The position numbers were made by a program, and so were the translations under genes. A stretch of 63,115 nucleotides of DNA, the filler included, from Octopus bimaculoides (taxonomy: Eukaryota), in the NCBI RefSeq assembly GCF_001194135.2. It is 6 parts of 5 records of this genome, joined end to end, with 100 filler letters (N's around TTAATTAATTAA, not from the genome) between each part and the next. Parts side by side here need not be neighbours in the genome. Positions count along the whole stretch, not along the records: positions 1 to 30,956 come from NC_069007.1; positions 31,057 to 41,664 come from NC_068983.1; 4 more parts are not named here. The stretch is one strand, 5' to 3'. This document shows, piece after piece, positions 20,831 through 31,938 of the stretch (its first letter is position 1; the number at the start of each line of letters is the position of its first letter). Below the pieces are notes generated by a model. The model saw only the letters and a program-made list of their open reading frames with translations. It searched no databases and was not told the DNA's origin.

Positions 20831-21446
20831 ACCAACACCAGACTTTGTAAATCTTCCAAAAGTTTGATGCATTTCGATTCAGAACAGTTACAAACCTAAA
20901 GTTTGCATTAAAAATGTTCAGTGCAGTTTTACAGCAAAAACTATGGAAGATGAAGGAAAGGCAGACAGATGGATGGAATAACAGTCAAACACAGATATTT
21001 TGGATGGCAGATGGAAAAGAGAAAGAGCAAGAATACAGCATGCCTGTGTTTGTAGCATCTGTCATGAAGCGATCGTTTGCCAGTTTGTTAGATGACCACT
21101 TTCAGGAGTGGGATCTACAATGTGTAACGCCTTCTTTGCCCATGTGTTTGATTAGTACTGTAATGTGACTTGGATTCCAGCCATGAAGAATAAGACACGA
21201 TGGGCATTCACACTTTTGTGAGCAGTCCAACTTTAAACCCTAACGCAGATCAGGTCATTTCACAGTATAGACTACTGTTGTAGACTGTATACTAACGTTG
21301 AAACCGAACGAAGATTCTGATATTGCTGACAACTTTACGCTAATGACGACGCAAGGATTGGTTTGGTCTAAACTGAAACACTTTTAATCATGCGTTTGCA
21401 GATCGAATAACTGCTTATTGATTTGTGACATACATATACATGCACG

Positions 21447-21590
21447 ACGGGTTTCTTTCAGTTTCTATTCACGAGGCTTTGGTCGGACAGATGCTAAACT
21501 AGAAAATACTAGTCCGTGAAGTAGGGCAAGCGGGACTGAACCTAAGATCACATAGTTGGGAAACAAGCTTCTGAACCACAGAGCCAAAAA
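21447..21590 (-). mobile_element. SINE head fragment
   Basis: CGACGGGTTTCTTTCAGTTTC...GCGGGACTGAAC, same family as 2404-2560. Confidence 0.6.
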
Positions 21591-21620
21591 TTTCAAAAGT
21601 AAATAATAAAAAGTGTTAAA

Positions 21621-22100
21621 CTTACCAAAATTAAAGCTTAACACTTGACGACAGATTGAACGATCGAAAGCACCTTCAATTTCTTTTTATAAATTTTTTT
21701 AACATAATTATAATCTAAACCCCGCAAAAAGTAATTTAGCAAAATTCCACATAAACACAATACTTCTTATTGCCTCTATAAAGTATTTTCTTTAAAAACA
21801 TCGAAATTTTGGAATTTTACTTTCTTCTGCTTTCCATTACAATAACAGTAATACTAACAATAGCAATACATTTTGTAGCCTTGTTTACGTATTTACAATT
21901 AGGCTAAGTCTTTCTAATTAATTGACATATTCGGTAATTTGAGAGAAATCGTTGATTTCGAAGATTTGTATTGCGAATAACGGAAAAACTATCTGTTAAT
22001 AACGGGAGCCCGTTAGATCGAAATCGGAACGGATTAGAAACAGTAGGGGAGGGGAAACATGCATGTGCGTTAAATGAAAGTCCGTTGACGGCACCAACGG
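21621..22100 (-). promoter_or_regulatory. Putative first exon and promoter of ZNF-D
   Basis: Minus-strand donor G|GTAAGT at 21621-21626. Five YAACGG sites in 21978-22100. Candidate acceptors at ~19973 and ~20398. Confidence 0.4.
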
Positions 22101-22281
22101 TCTATTTTGTATCGTTTATAATGTAATAAAAGAAATTAAGGAGGTAATGTAGAATTACCTGATGTGCAATTTCAATGTTCAATCAGTTAGTGTCAGACGT
22201 ATGTTAATCACTTATATGTTTAGTGATGTTTGTTGTTCATAGTTGAGACATGCAATCTATGTTGTCTGTTTACACAGTACG

Positions 22282-22603
22282 GTGGAGGCGCAATGGTCCA
22301 GTGGTTAGAGCAGCGGACTCGCGGTCATACCATCGCGGTTTCGATTCCCAGACCGGGCGTAGTGAGTGTTTATTGAGCGAAAATACCTAAAGCTCCACGA
22401 GGCTCCGGCAGGGGGATGGTGGCGAACCCTGCTGTACTCTTCCACCACAACTTTCTCTCACTCTTTCTTCCTGTTTCTGTTGTGCCTGTAATTCAAAGGG
22501 TCGGCCTTGTCACACTGTGTCATGCTGAATATCCCCGAGAACTACGTGTGGCGAACCCTGCTGTACTCTTCCACCACAACTTTCTCTCACTCTTTCTTCC
22601 TGT
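22282..22603 (+). mobile_element. tRNA-derived SINE
   Basis: A-box TGGTCCAGTGG and B-box GGTTTCGATTCCC. Same family as 15607-15923. Truncated by an N gap. Confidence 0.8.
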
Positions 22604-22796
22604 TNNNNNNNNNNNNNNNNNNNNNNNNNNNNNNNNNNNNNNNNNNNNNNNNNNNNNNNNNNNNNNNNNNNNNNNNNNNNNNNNNNNNNNNNNNNNNNNN
22701 NNNNNNNNNNNNNNNNNNNNNNNNNNNNNNNNNNNNNNNNNNNNNNNNNNNNNNNNNNNNNNNNNNNNNNNNNNNNNNNNNNNNNNNNNNNNNNNN

Positions 22797-22841
<45 letters not shown>

Positions 22842-23259
22842 TTGGGATTTATTATTGTTGTGTATTAAAAACATTCTGTTTTTTGTTACAACCAAACAGG
22901 TTTCTAGGTGTGATCTTTTCCAAAAATGAACTTTTTGAATATTATAGGCAGTCTTGTATTTAATTCCTGATCACCGGCAGCATACTTTTATCTACAACTG
23001 TCAGGCATTCAACATTAATCAGGTCCCCTACCATAATTTTCTCATGGTGAGTGCTGGTAATAATTCTTTCAGCCCTAGGTACAAGCCTGGAGTTTTGGAG
23101 GAGAAGGATGGGGAGCTAGTCAATTACATCAATACCAGTGTCCAACCAGGGTCAACCTTGGCAGCTTTTGAACTCAGAAAGGCTGGGAAAAATACCACTA
23201 AGCATTTTGTCCAGTGCAGTAACAGTTCTGCCATTGAGTTGCCCAGTGCTGCTAATAAT

Positions 23260-23470
23260 CCTTTCTACTAGAGACACAATGCCTGAAATTTTGGGCAGGG
23301 AGACAGTCAATTACATCTACCCCAGTACTCAACTGGTACTTAATTTATCGACCCCGAAAGGATAAAAGCAAAGTCTACCTCAGTGGAATTTGAACTTGGA
23401 ACGTAGCGATGGGCGAAATACTGCTAAGCGTTTCGTCCTGCGTGCGAACAATTCTGCCAGCTCACTGCCT
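23260..23470 (-). mobile_element. tRNA-derived SINE
   Basis: TTTATCGACCCCGAAAGGAT...GGAATTTGAAC...GCTAAGC, matching the 134-300 family. Confidence 0.7.
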
Positions 23471-24823
23471 TCCAGTGCCCTTTTTAGGGGCTTTCAGGGT
23501 GTTGCAGCCATGCAGATTATCTCAGGTGAGAAAACCAGGTGGAGCCCATGCCTCTCCAGGCTAAACTTATTTTTACAGCTGAGTGGACTGGAGTAATGTG
23601 AAGTGAAGCGTCTTGCTCAAGAACACAATGGAGAACTCAGTCCAGAGAACGAAACCACAATCTTATGGTCATGAGTCCAACACCCTAACCACTAAGCCAC
23701 ACATCCTCATAAACAACTAAATTACAAAATGTGATCATGTTACAGTTTTATTGACATTTCAATAACCCACAATCATGGGAAATAACAGAAGTGCTCCAGA
23801 TATGACCATCCTGTCAATATAGTGTTTAATAATAGATAAATATTTTATCACAGTGCAAACCACAAGCAGTCAATGTATTTGTTTTATTTATCAATTTGTC
23901 TCAATGAAATGCAGCCATGCTGGAGCAATGCCGTAAAGTGCCGAGGGGAGGAGCAAACCGATTCCAATGCTTGTTTTAAATCTGGTGATTATTCTAACAG
24001 TTACTTTTTGTTGAACTGCTATGTAATAGGGTGTGAACAGATAAATAGTTTGTCAAGTGGTGAAAGATGAACAGATGACCATAGAAACAAAGATACATGC
24101 ACATATTTACAGATTGGTCTTCACAGAGTTTCCAGGTATTTGTCGCGAAATGTAGAGAGTTGAAAGCAGGATCCGATAGCCTAATGACAACATCGAAGAG
24201 TAAAGAATAATGTTCAAGGACTTTATTTGCCATCAGTAATTAGTAACATAGACAAAGTAGTAATCATATGAACAGATGAACATAAAAACAAAGGTACATG
24301 CACATATGAGCCTGTATGAGTGGAAGACAGTGAATTTACTTAACAGAAGAGTTTCTTTGAATGAGATNNNNNNNNNNNNNNNNNNNNNNNNNNNNNNNNN
24401 NNNNNNNNNNNNNNNNNNNNNNNNNNNNNNNNNNNNNNNNNNNNNNNNNNNNNNNNNNNNNNNNNNNNNNNNNNNNNNNNNNNNNNNNNNNNNNNNNNNN
24501 NNNNNNNNNNNNNNNNNNNNNNNNNNNNNNNNNNNNNNNNNNNNNNNNNNNNNNNNNNNNNNNNNNNNNNNNNNNNNNNNNNNNNNNNNNNNNNNNNNNN
24601 NNNNNNNNNNNNNNNNNNNNNNNNNNNNNNNNNNNNNNNNNNNNNNNNNNNNNNNNNNNNNNNNNNNNNNNNNNNNNNNNNNNNNNNNNNNNNNNNNNNN
24701 NNNNNNNNNNNNNNNNNNNNNNNNNNNNNNNNNNNNNNNNNNNNNNNNNNNNNNNNNNNNNNNNNNNNNNNNNNNNNNNNNNNNNNNNNNNNNNNNNNNN
24801 NNNNNNNNNNNNNNNNNNNNNNN

Positions 24824-26302
24824 TCCAGTGTGACTCCTGATGTGAACTATAACATCAGAATTATCGAAGAATGATTTTCCACAAATTTCACAGTGAAATC
24901 TTTTTTCTCCGTTATGCTTCCGCCTGTGTCTTTTTAAATCACTGTTACTCACATAAGTTTTCCCACATATATCACAGCAGAATGGTTTTTCCCCTGTGTG
25001 TAGTAATTTGTGTCTTGTTAAATTACTGCTAGAGTAAAAATATTTGCCACAAATATCACAATGGGATGGTTTTTCTCCAGTGTGTACTCTTTTGTGACTA
25101 ACAAGATTTGATTTATTAAAAAAGGATTTTCCACAGATTTCGCAGTGGAACGGTTTTTCTCCAGTGTGTATCTTTTTATGAGCAACAAGATATAAATTTA
25201 AAGAGAATGATTTCCCACAAATGTTACAATGATAAGGTTTTCCTTCAGTATGTATTCTTTTGTGAACTCTAAGACGGGAATTGGTAACAAACGATTTTCC
25301 ACATGTTTCACAGTGGAAGGGTTTTCCTTTAGGATGTATTCTTTTGTGAACTCTAAGACGAGAATTGGTAATGAACAACTTCCCACATATGTCACAATGA
25401 TAAGGTTTTTCTTCAGTGTGAACCTTTACATGAGTAACAAGTATTGAGTTCTTCATAAAAGACTTCCCACATACTTCACAGTTGAATGGTTTCCCTTCAT
25501 GCTGAATTACTGTGTGTCTTGTTAAATTACTTTTATCAACATATGATTTTCCACATATATCACATCGGAAAGGGCTTTCTCCAGTGTATATGCATTTGTG
25601 CCTAGTTAAATAACAATTTTTAATAAACGATTTTCCACACGTTTCACAGTGGAAGGGTTTTTCTCCCGTGTGACTTCGAACATGAACAACAAGTTGAGAA
25701 TTGTGAGGAAATGATTTTCCACATATATCACATCGGAAAGGGCTTTCTCCAGTGTATATGCATTTGTGCCTTGTTAAATAACAATTTTTAATAAACGATT
25801 TTCCACACGTTTCACAGTGGAAGGGTTTTTCTCCTGTGTGACTTCGAACATGAACAACAAGTTGAGAATTGTGAGGAAATGATTTTCCACATATTTGACA
25901 GTCAAAAGTATTTTCTCTGGTATGTGTTCTTTTGTGACATCTTAAATAACAATTATCAATAAATGATTTTCCACATATTTCACAGCGATAAGGTTTTTCT
26001 CCAGTGTGTCTACGCATGTGGAGAATCAGGTGGTATTTCTGATTCAATGATTTACCACAAATCTCACATTGAAATGGTTTTTGTCCAGTGTGTAACCTTT
26101 TATGTTTTTTTAAATTACTGGAATTCACAAAAGTCTTTCCACATATTTCACAATTAATATTTCCCTTTGATGACTTTGCTTTACAGGATGAAGTTTTTTT
26201 ACCATGAGAGAATGGTTTCTTATCACCAGATGTCTGTTTAACTGAATCTTTAATGTCAGAAACGTTTCTGTTAGAAATGTCCAAGTGATTACTATCATCC
26301 AT
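24824..26302 (-). CDS. C2H2 zinc-finger protein ZNF-E (at least 16 finger units; 3' end in 456-N gap)
   Basis: ATG at 26302 (MDDSNHLD). Fingers 5 and 7 end HKCIY (last His lost). The ORF runs into the gap at 24368-24823, so the track ORF end (24233) is unreliable. Confidence 0.88.
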
Positions 26303-26819
26303 ATTAATTCTTCTGAAGATTTTCTTGAAAACTGATGTCTGTGGGTATAATCTCTCTAATGGTTCAGATCTTTGGAGATTCTGCTTACATATAAGGAAAA
26401 TATGCAATATAGATTTTTTTTTCTTTCTTAGAATGTTTATTGCAGGTTGTGATATCTCTAAGTGTCACACATTGTGTAAACAAAATGACCTCTATATGTA
26501 TGTTAATAATAATTCTGGATTTAGTTCATGGAAGTTATGTAGGCGGAAAGAGAGAGAGGAGGGCATCCATAAATGACTTGTAGCATTTGTTCCAATGGAA
26601 TCGGTGTCTTTGTATGGTGGGTTGTAACGGAACAGTCAGCACAACTGAAAAGAAAGAAAATATATAATGCAATGAGATTGATTTTGGAGAGATGAAACTC
26701 GTGTTTGTGTGCATGTACATACACATAAACACACACACAAGATTAACCGCGTAGTATAAAAGATTACAATGTGTGTTGTACCATCAATACAAAAAATTAT
26801 TTCCAAGTTTTGCCACAAG

Positions 26820-26975
26820 GAAAGCTTGGGAAGGTGGGGATGAGTCGATTCCTTCGACCCCGAAGGGTCGAAAAGCAATATCGACCCCGGCGGAATTTGA
26901 ACTCAGAACGTAGAGGCGGGAAAATACCGCTAAGCATTTCGTCCAGTGTGCTAACGATTCTGCCAGCTCGCTGTC
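26820..26975 (-). mobile_element. tRNA-derived SINE, internally deleted
   Basis: TCGACCCCGGCGGAATTTGAACTCAGAACG...GCTAACGATTCTGCCAGCTCGC. Confidence 0.75.
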
Positions 26976-26979
26976 TTGA

Positions 26980-27365
26980 TATCAATACAAATAATACAGA
27001 CTTTCTCATTTAAAAGTTAGCTAAAATGTCAAGAAAGCTAATTATTCATTAGTTGGAGATAAAAACCAATTTCAGGTGTTCTCTAATGTGGGGGAACAAC
27101 CAATTAACGGTGAAACGTAGTTTGTGATGAAAATTTAAATATTTAACCATCCACGTGGCGAAACACCAACCCTCATATATTACATCGGTCACTTTAAGCT
27201 ATCCATAAGCATAATGGTTCACCTTGACATGAGTTAATTTCTATTCATAATATAATTACCTAAAATATACAAACTTGGTCGTGCCTTGATAATTTTTCAT
27301 TCGTCTCAATGATTACGACCGGTGACATAAGTTAAATGTCCCTAACGAAATTTAATACAGTCAGT
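26980..27365 (-). promoter_or_regulatory. Conserved ZNF upstream module, copy v (ZNF-E)
   Basis: CCAATTAACG 27100-27109, donor-like TAG|GTAAT 27258-27259, AAATGTCCCTA 27334-27344. Confidence 0.6.
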
Positions 27366-29371
27366 ATCAACTTTCAATTATATCAATTTACCCTTTCATT
27401 TATATCTACTCTATGGCATATAAATCGAAATTTACACCACCCACCAAAATACTTTTTTAAAAAGGCTTTGACAAATAGGCGGAAAAAATTTGTTGAATAT
27501 TGTACATCATCATTTAATGGCTGGTTTCCAGGCTGGTATGGGTTGGTTGAAATCTCATGGATATCAGTCATCTACTACAGTGAGACATAGTCTGCCCCTA
27601 AAATTGTCACTTAATTACATTGGTCTGAAGTTATTGTAATTTCAAAACAATGTTAGAGTGGCATACAATCGAAGCAAGACGATTTCTCGAAGCCACCATA
27701 TTTGACTCCTACTTCTTTTCCACATGTAGCAGCTTGTGCATCACAACTCTCCAAGCAAGCAGAAGTCATACTATGAACGTTACAACTGTGTTCAAAGTAA
27801 ACAAAGGATAAATCTTCTACATCACAAATATGTATATATGAAGGGCATAGTTTCTACATTGTAATTATATAAGCAAACGGACGATATAATCTGTATAATG
27901 CAACTGTCTACAAGCAGACGACATAGCTTGTGCGCCACAATATTCACAAGAGATTAACAAACGTCTGAAACTACCGAGTTGAGTACTGGTCACCTGAGGC
28001 TACCTCAATTTAATATTGTGACAGCTGTCCAGGTCATCGTACAAGCGATTACAACCTGCCTCCTTATCTTCTTTTACATTAAAAATTGATACAAAGTACT
28101 CTCGTGGTTACTATCAATATAATGAACTTTTCGTCAACAAGTGCTTGTCCCATAAACGTTTCTATTAGTTCGTTTGTATTTCGACTTAACAGACTCTTCG
28201 CATTAACAGCCTTACCATCATTGGACTATGAAATTCACGATTTACCTCTTTATTTGCTTTTTGCACTCAATTCTAAAATCAATTCTCTGTAGCCGTACTT
28301 TGAATACGAAAGTAAGGCTACAAAACTATATATGTTGTTAGTACTACTGTAATTATAATGGAATTGAGTGAGGAGGAAAATTCCGAAATCTCGATATTTT
28401 TATGGGAAATATTTTGTTAGAGGCGATAAGAATTACTTTGTGTTTATGTGGAATTGAATACTGTCAGGTTAGTTTTCATCGGAAATATATTTCTGTAATC
28501 TATCTATTTCTCACATCTCCTGTTGTAATGTATAAGAAAACATGTTTATCTCTATGTCTCGTAACTACAGATTAGTGCCCCACGAATTTGATTCTAAATA
28601 AATTTGCGAGAAGTGTATACCAAGTGTGGTTGGGGAACAGATGGGCCTGTGTTAAACGTTGGAGTAAACGACGCTGTAGGACCCACCGTTCTATGGCTGA
28701 CTTATATCTCTGTCCCACCTTTTCATGTAACGTATGATTCTGTATAACTTTTAGAAACAATAATTTCAGATTTTGGCTCAAATTCAGCAAGTTTCGAAGG
28801 AGGAGATTAGTTGATTACATCCCCACCTTCCCAAGCTTTCCTTGTGGCAAAACTTGGAAATAATTTTTTGTATTGATAGTGCAACACACATTGTAATCTT
28901 TTATACTATGTGGTTAATCTTGTGTGTGTGTGTTTATGTGTATGTACATGCACACAAACACGAGTTTCATCTCTCCAAAATCAATCTCATTGCATTATAT
29001 ATTTTCTTTCTTTTCAGTTGTGCCGACTGTTCCATTACAACCCACCATACAAAGACACCGATTCCACCAGAACAAATGCTACAAGTCAGTTAGGAATGCT
29101 CTCTCTATTTTAAGCCTACATAACTTCCATTAACTATATCCAGAATTATTAACATAGATATAGAGGTCATTTTTGTACACTATGTGTGCCACATAGAGAT
29201 ATCACAACCTGCAATAAACATTCTAAGAGTTATGCAGAAAATAAATCTACGTTGCATATTTTCCTTACATATAAACAGAATCTCATGATATGGATATCAT
29301 AAGACCAGAAATTAAATCATAAGAGATTATATCCACAGACATCAATTTTCAAGAATTCCTCCAGTGTTAAT

Positions 29372-30364
29372 ATGGAGGATGGTAATCACTCGGACACTTC
29401 TAATACAAACGTTTCTGACAATGAAGATTCAGTTAAACAGAGATCTGGTGATAAGAAACCATTCTCTCATGGTAAAAAAACTTCATCCTATAAAACAAAG
29501 TCATCAAAGAGAAATATTAATTGTGAAATATGTGGAAAGACTTTTGTGAATTCCAGTAATTTAAAAAACCACAAAAGATTACACACTGGGGAAAAACCAT
29601 TTCAATGTGAGATTTGTGGTAAGTCATTGAATCAGAAATACCACCTGATTCTCCACAAGCGTAGTCACACTGGAGAAACACCTTATCACTGTGAAATATG
29701 TGGAAAATCATTTATTGATAATTGTTATTTAAGAAGTCACAAAAGAACACATACCGGAGAAAATACTTTTGACTGTCAAATATGTGGAAAATCATTTCCT
29801 CACAATTCTCGACTTGTTGTTCATGTACGAAGTCACACAGGAGAAAAACCCTTCCACTGTGAAACATGTGGAAAATCGTTTGTTACCAATTCCCGTCTTA
29901 GAGTTCACAAAAGAATACATACTGAAGGAAAACCTTATCATTGTAACATTTGTGGGAAATCATTCTCTTTAAATTTATATCTTGTTGGTCATAAAAAGAT
30001 ACACACCGGAGAAGAACCGTTCCACTGTGAAATCTGTGGAAAATCCTTTTTTGATAAATCAAATCTTATTAGTCACAAAAGAGTACACACTGGAGAAAAA
30101 CCATCCCATTGTGATATTTGTGGCAAATATTTTTACTCTAGCAGTAATTTAACAAGACACAAATTACTACACACAGGGAAAAAACCATTCTGCTGTGATA
30201 TATGTGGGAAAACTTATGTGAGTAACAGTGATTTAAGAAGACACAGGCGGAAGCATAACGGAGAAAAAAGATTTCACTGTGAAATTTGTGGAAAATCGTT
30301 CTTCGATAATTCAGATCTTNNNNNNNNNNGACATGAGTTGTCATGTGGCAGTCCACAAATATAA
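29372..30364 (+). CDS. C2H2 zinc-finger protein ZNF-F (9 complete fingers plus a partial 10th; 3' part hidden by gap)
   Basis: ATG at 29372 (MEDGNHSD). Inverted paralog of ZNF-E. The 10-N gap at 30320-30329 interrupts finger 10, so the true end is uncertain. Confidence 0.88.
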   Translation: MEDGNHSDTSNTNVSDNEDSVKQRSGDKKPFSHGKKTSSYKTKSSKRNINCEICGKTFVNSSNLKNHKRLHTGEKPFQCEICGKSLNQKYHLILHKRSHTGETPYHCEICGKSFIDNCYLRSHKRTHTGENTFDCQICGKSFPHNSRLVVHVRSHTGEKPFHCETCGKSFVTNSRLRVHKRIHTEGKPYHCNICGKSFSLNLYLVGHKKIHTGEEPFHCEICGKSFFDKSNLISHKRVHTGEKPSHCDICGKYFYSSSNLTRHKLLHTGKKPFCCDICGKTYVSNSDLRRHRRKHNGEKRFHCEICGKSFFDNSDLXXXXHELSCGSPQI

Positions 30365-30956
30365 TCTCATTCAAAGAAACTCTTCTGTTAAGTAAATTCA
30401 CTGTCTTCCACTCATACAGGCTCATATGTGCATGTACCTTTGTTTTTATGTTCATCTGTTCATATGATTACTACTTTGTCTATGTTACTAATTACTGATG
30501 GCAAATAAAGTCCTTGAACATTATTCTTTACTCTTCGATGTTGTCATTAGGCTATCGGATCCTGCTTTCAACTCTCTACATATAGCAATACAAATGCAAA
30601 ACAAGAATTACTATTTCTACATCAAATAATTTTTCATCCTTACAATACAATTTGTAAGAAATGTGAGAACTCCACATTTTGTATGTTGCATGTGTATGGT
30701 AACATGCAGACAGATCGCAATTTTTTCTCAAATTTCCAGTTTCGTTTTGTGAGTGGGAGCCACCAGTATTTTTTCTCACATTAAATTCCGATGTAATTAT
30801 AATTTATACAGTTGGAAAGATAGTCGCAGAAAAAAATTACATGGAAAAAATATCCATTTTTCTTAAAGTTATGAGGAAACAAAGCCACCTCGTGTGAATT
30901 TTCCAAAACTCCTCTTCTTACCCTCACAAAATATTTACCACCAATTCCGATATAAT

Positions 30957-31056
30957 NNNNNNNNNNNNNNNNNNNNNNNNNNNNNNNNNNNNNNNNNNNN
31001 TTAATTAATTAANNNNNNNNNNNNNNNNNNNNNNNNNNNNNNNNNNNNNNNNNNNN
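30957..31056. other. Artificial scaffold-join spacer N44-TTAATTAATTAA-N44
   Basis: Identical 100-bp construct with a six-frame-stop 12-mer at 31001-31012, 41709-41720, 49217-49228, 51815-51826 and 59576-59587. Confidence 0.95.
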
Positions 31057-31789
31057 GTGGTGGTGGTGGTGGTGGTAGTGATTGTACTCGCGGATTTGAT
31101 GTTGGTGGGGTTAATGGTTGTGAGAATAATGGTGGTGATGATGGAGTTGATTGTCTTGGTTAAGATGACGGTGCTAGGTGGTCGTCGTGGCAGCGTTCGT
31201 TATGGTAAGAGCTGGTGGAGCTAATGGTGTATGTGTTGGGACAACAGGGTGGTGGTCGTGACTGTAATGTCTGTGATAGTGGTTGTGGTGTGTGATAAAT
31301 TATTTTCTTCTTCTTATGACTAAGAAAATTTCCATGATGGAGTGTAAACAACTAGGAATTGGTACGCACACAAACCCGCATATGCACTGCACTCCATACA
31401 TACGCACATACGTACACACACACAGACGACCGCGCGTGTGGCTCGCATATGTATATCCATGTGTACATGGGCGCACAAAACTCTCTTACATTATACATTT
31501 ATAAAGATATTGCTTCTTCCGTGTGTGTATGTGTGTGTGAGTGTGTGTATGTATGTGCGTGGGTTTGTATGTGTGCCTGTGTGTGAACGCGCGCGTGCAT
31601 GCGTGTATGTGTGTATGTGTGTGCGCCGCACATACATTGATGAACTTAAATGGACATTATACGTTCAGATATTCCCACCACTCACACAAATACACAATCA
31701 TAGACATACACGCATACAAACACGTATACAAATTTAGTGAGAGATACACACTATATTCTCTCCTTCTCTCTCTCCTTCTCTCTCTCCTT

Positions 31790-31815
31790 TTCTCTCTCCT
31801 CCTATATTTCTTTCT

Positions 31816-31868
<53 letters not shown>

Positions 31869-31896
31869 CGTCTCTGACACATACACACACACTTAG

Positions 31897-31935
<39 letters not shown>
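31790..31935. repeat. (CT)n/(CA)n/(TA)n compound microsatellite
   Basis: Directly visible. Confidence 0.95.

Positions 31936-31938
<3 letters not shown>

Noticed and set aside
15830-22360. tRNA-like sequences with A and B boxes (also at 134-220)
   Set aside because: They continue into SINE bodies and no complete cloverleaf is evident, so they are treated as SINE heads, not tRNA genes.
22419-22603. 57-bp direct repeat inside the SINE
   Set aside because: The second copy runs into an N gap, so it is probably a contig-end artefact or a trivial internal duplication.
24233-24367. C-terminal extension ISFKETLLLSKF... of the 724-aa track ORF
   Set aside because: The frame is carried across an estimated gap. 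The homologous sequence in ZNF-F lies after a stop (30362-30364), so it is 3' UTR.
3733-29972. Many short ORFs antisense to or out of frame with the ZNF genes (e.g. 18108..18662, 17805..18062)
   Set aside because: Shadow ORFs produced by the 84-bp periodic C2H2 coding sequence.
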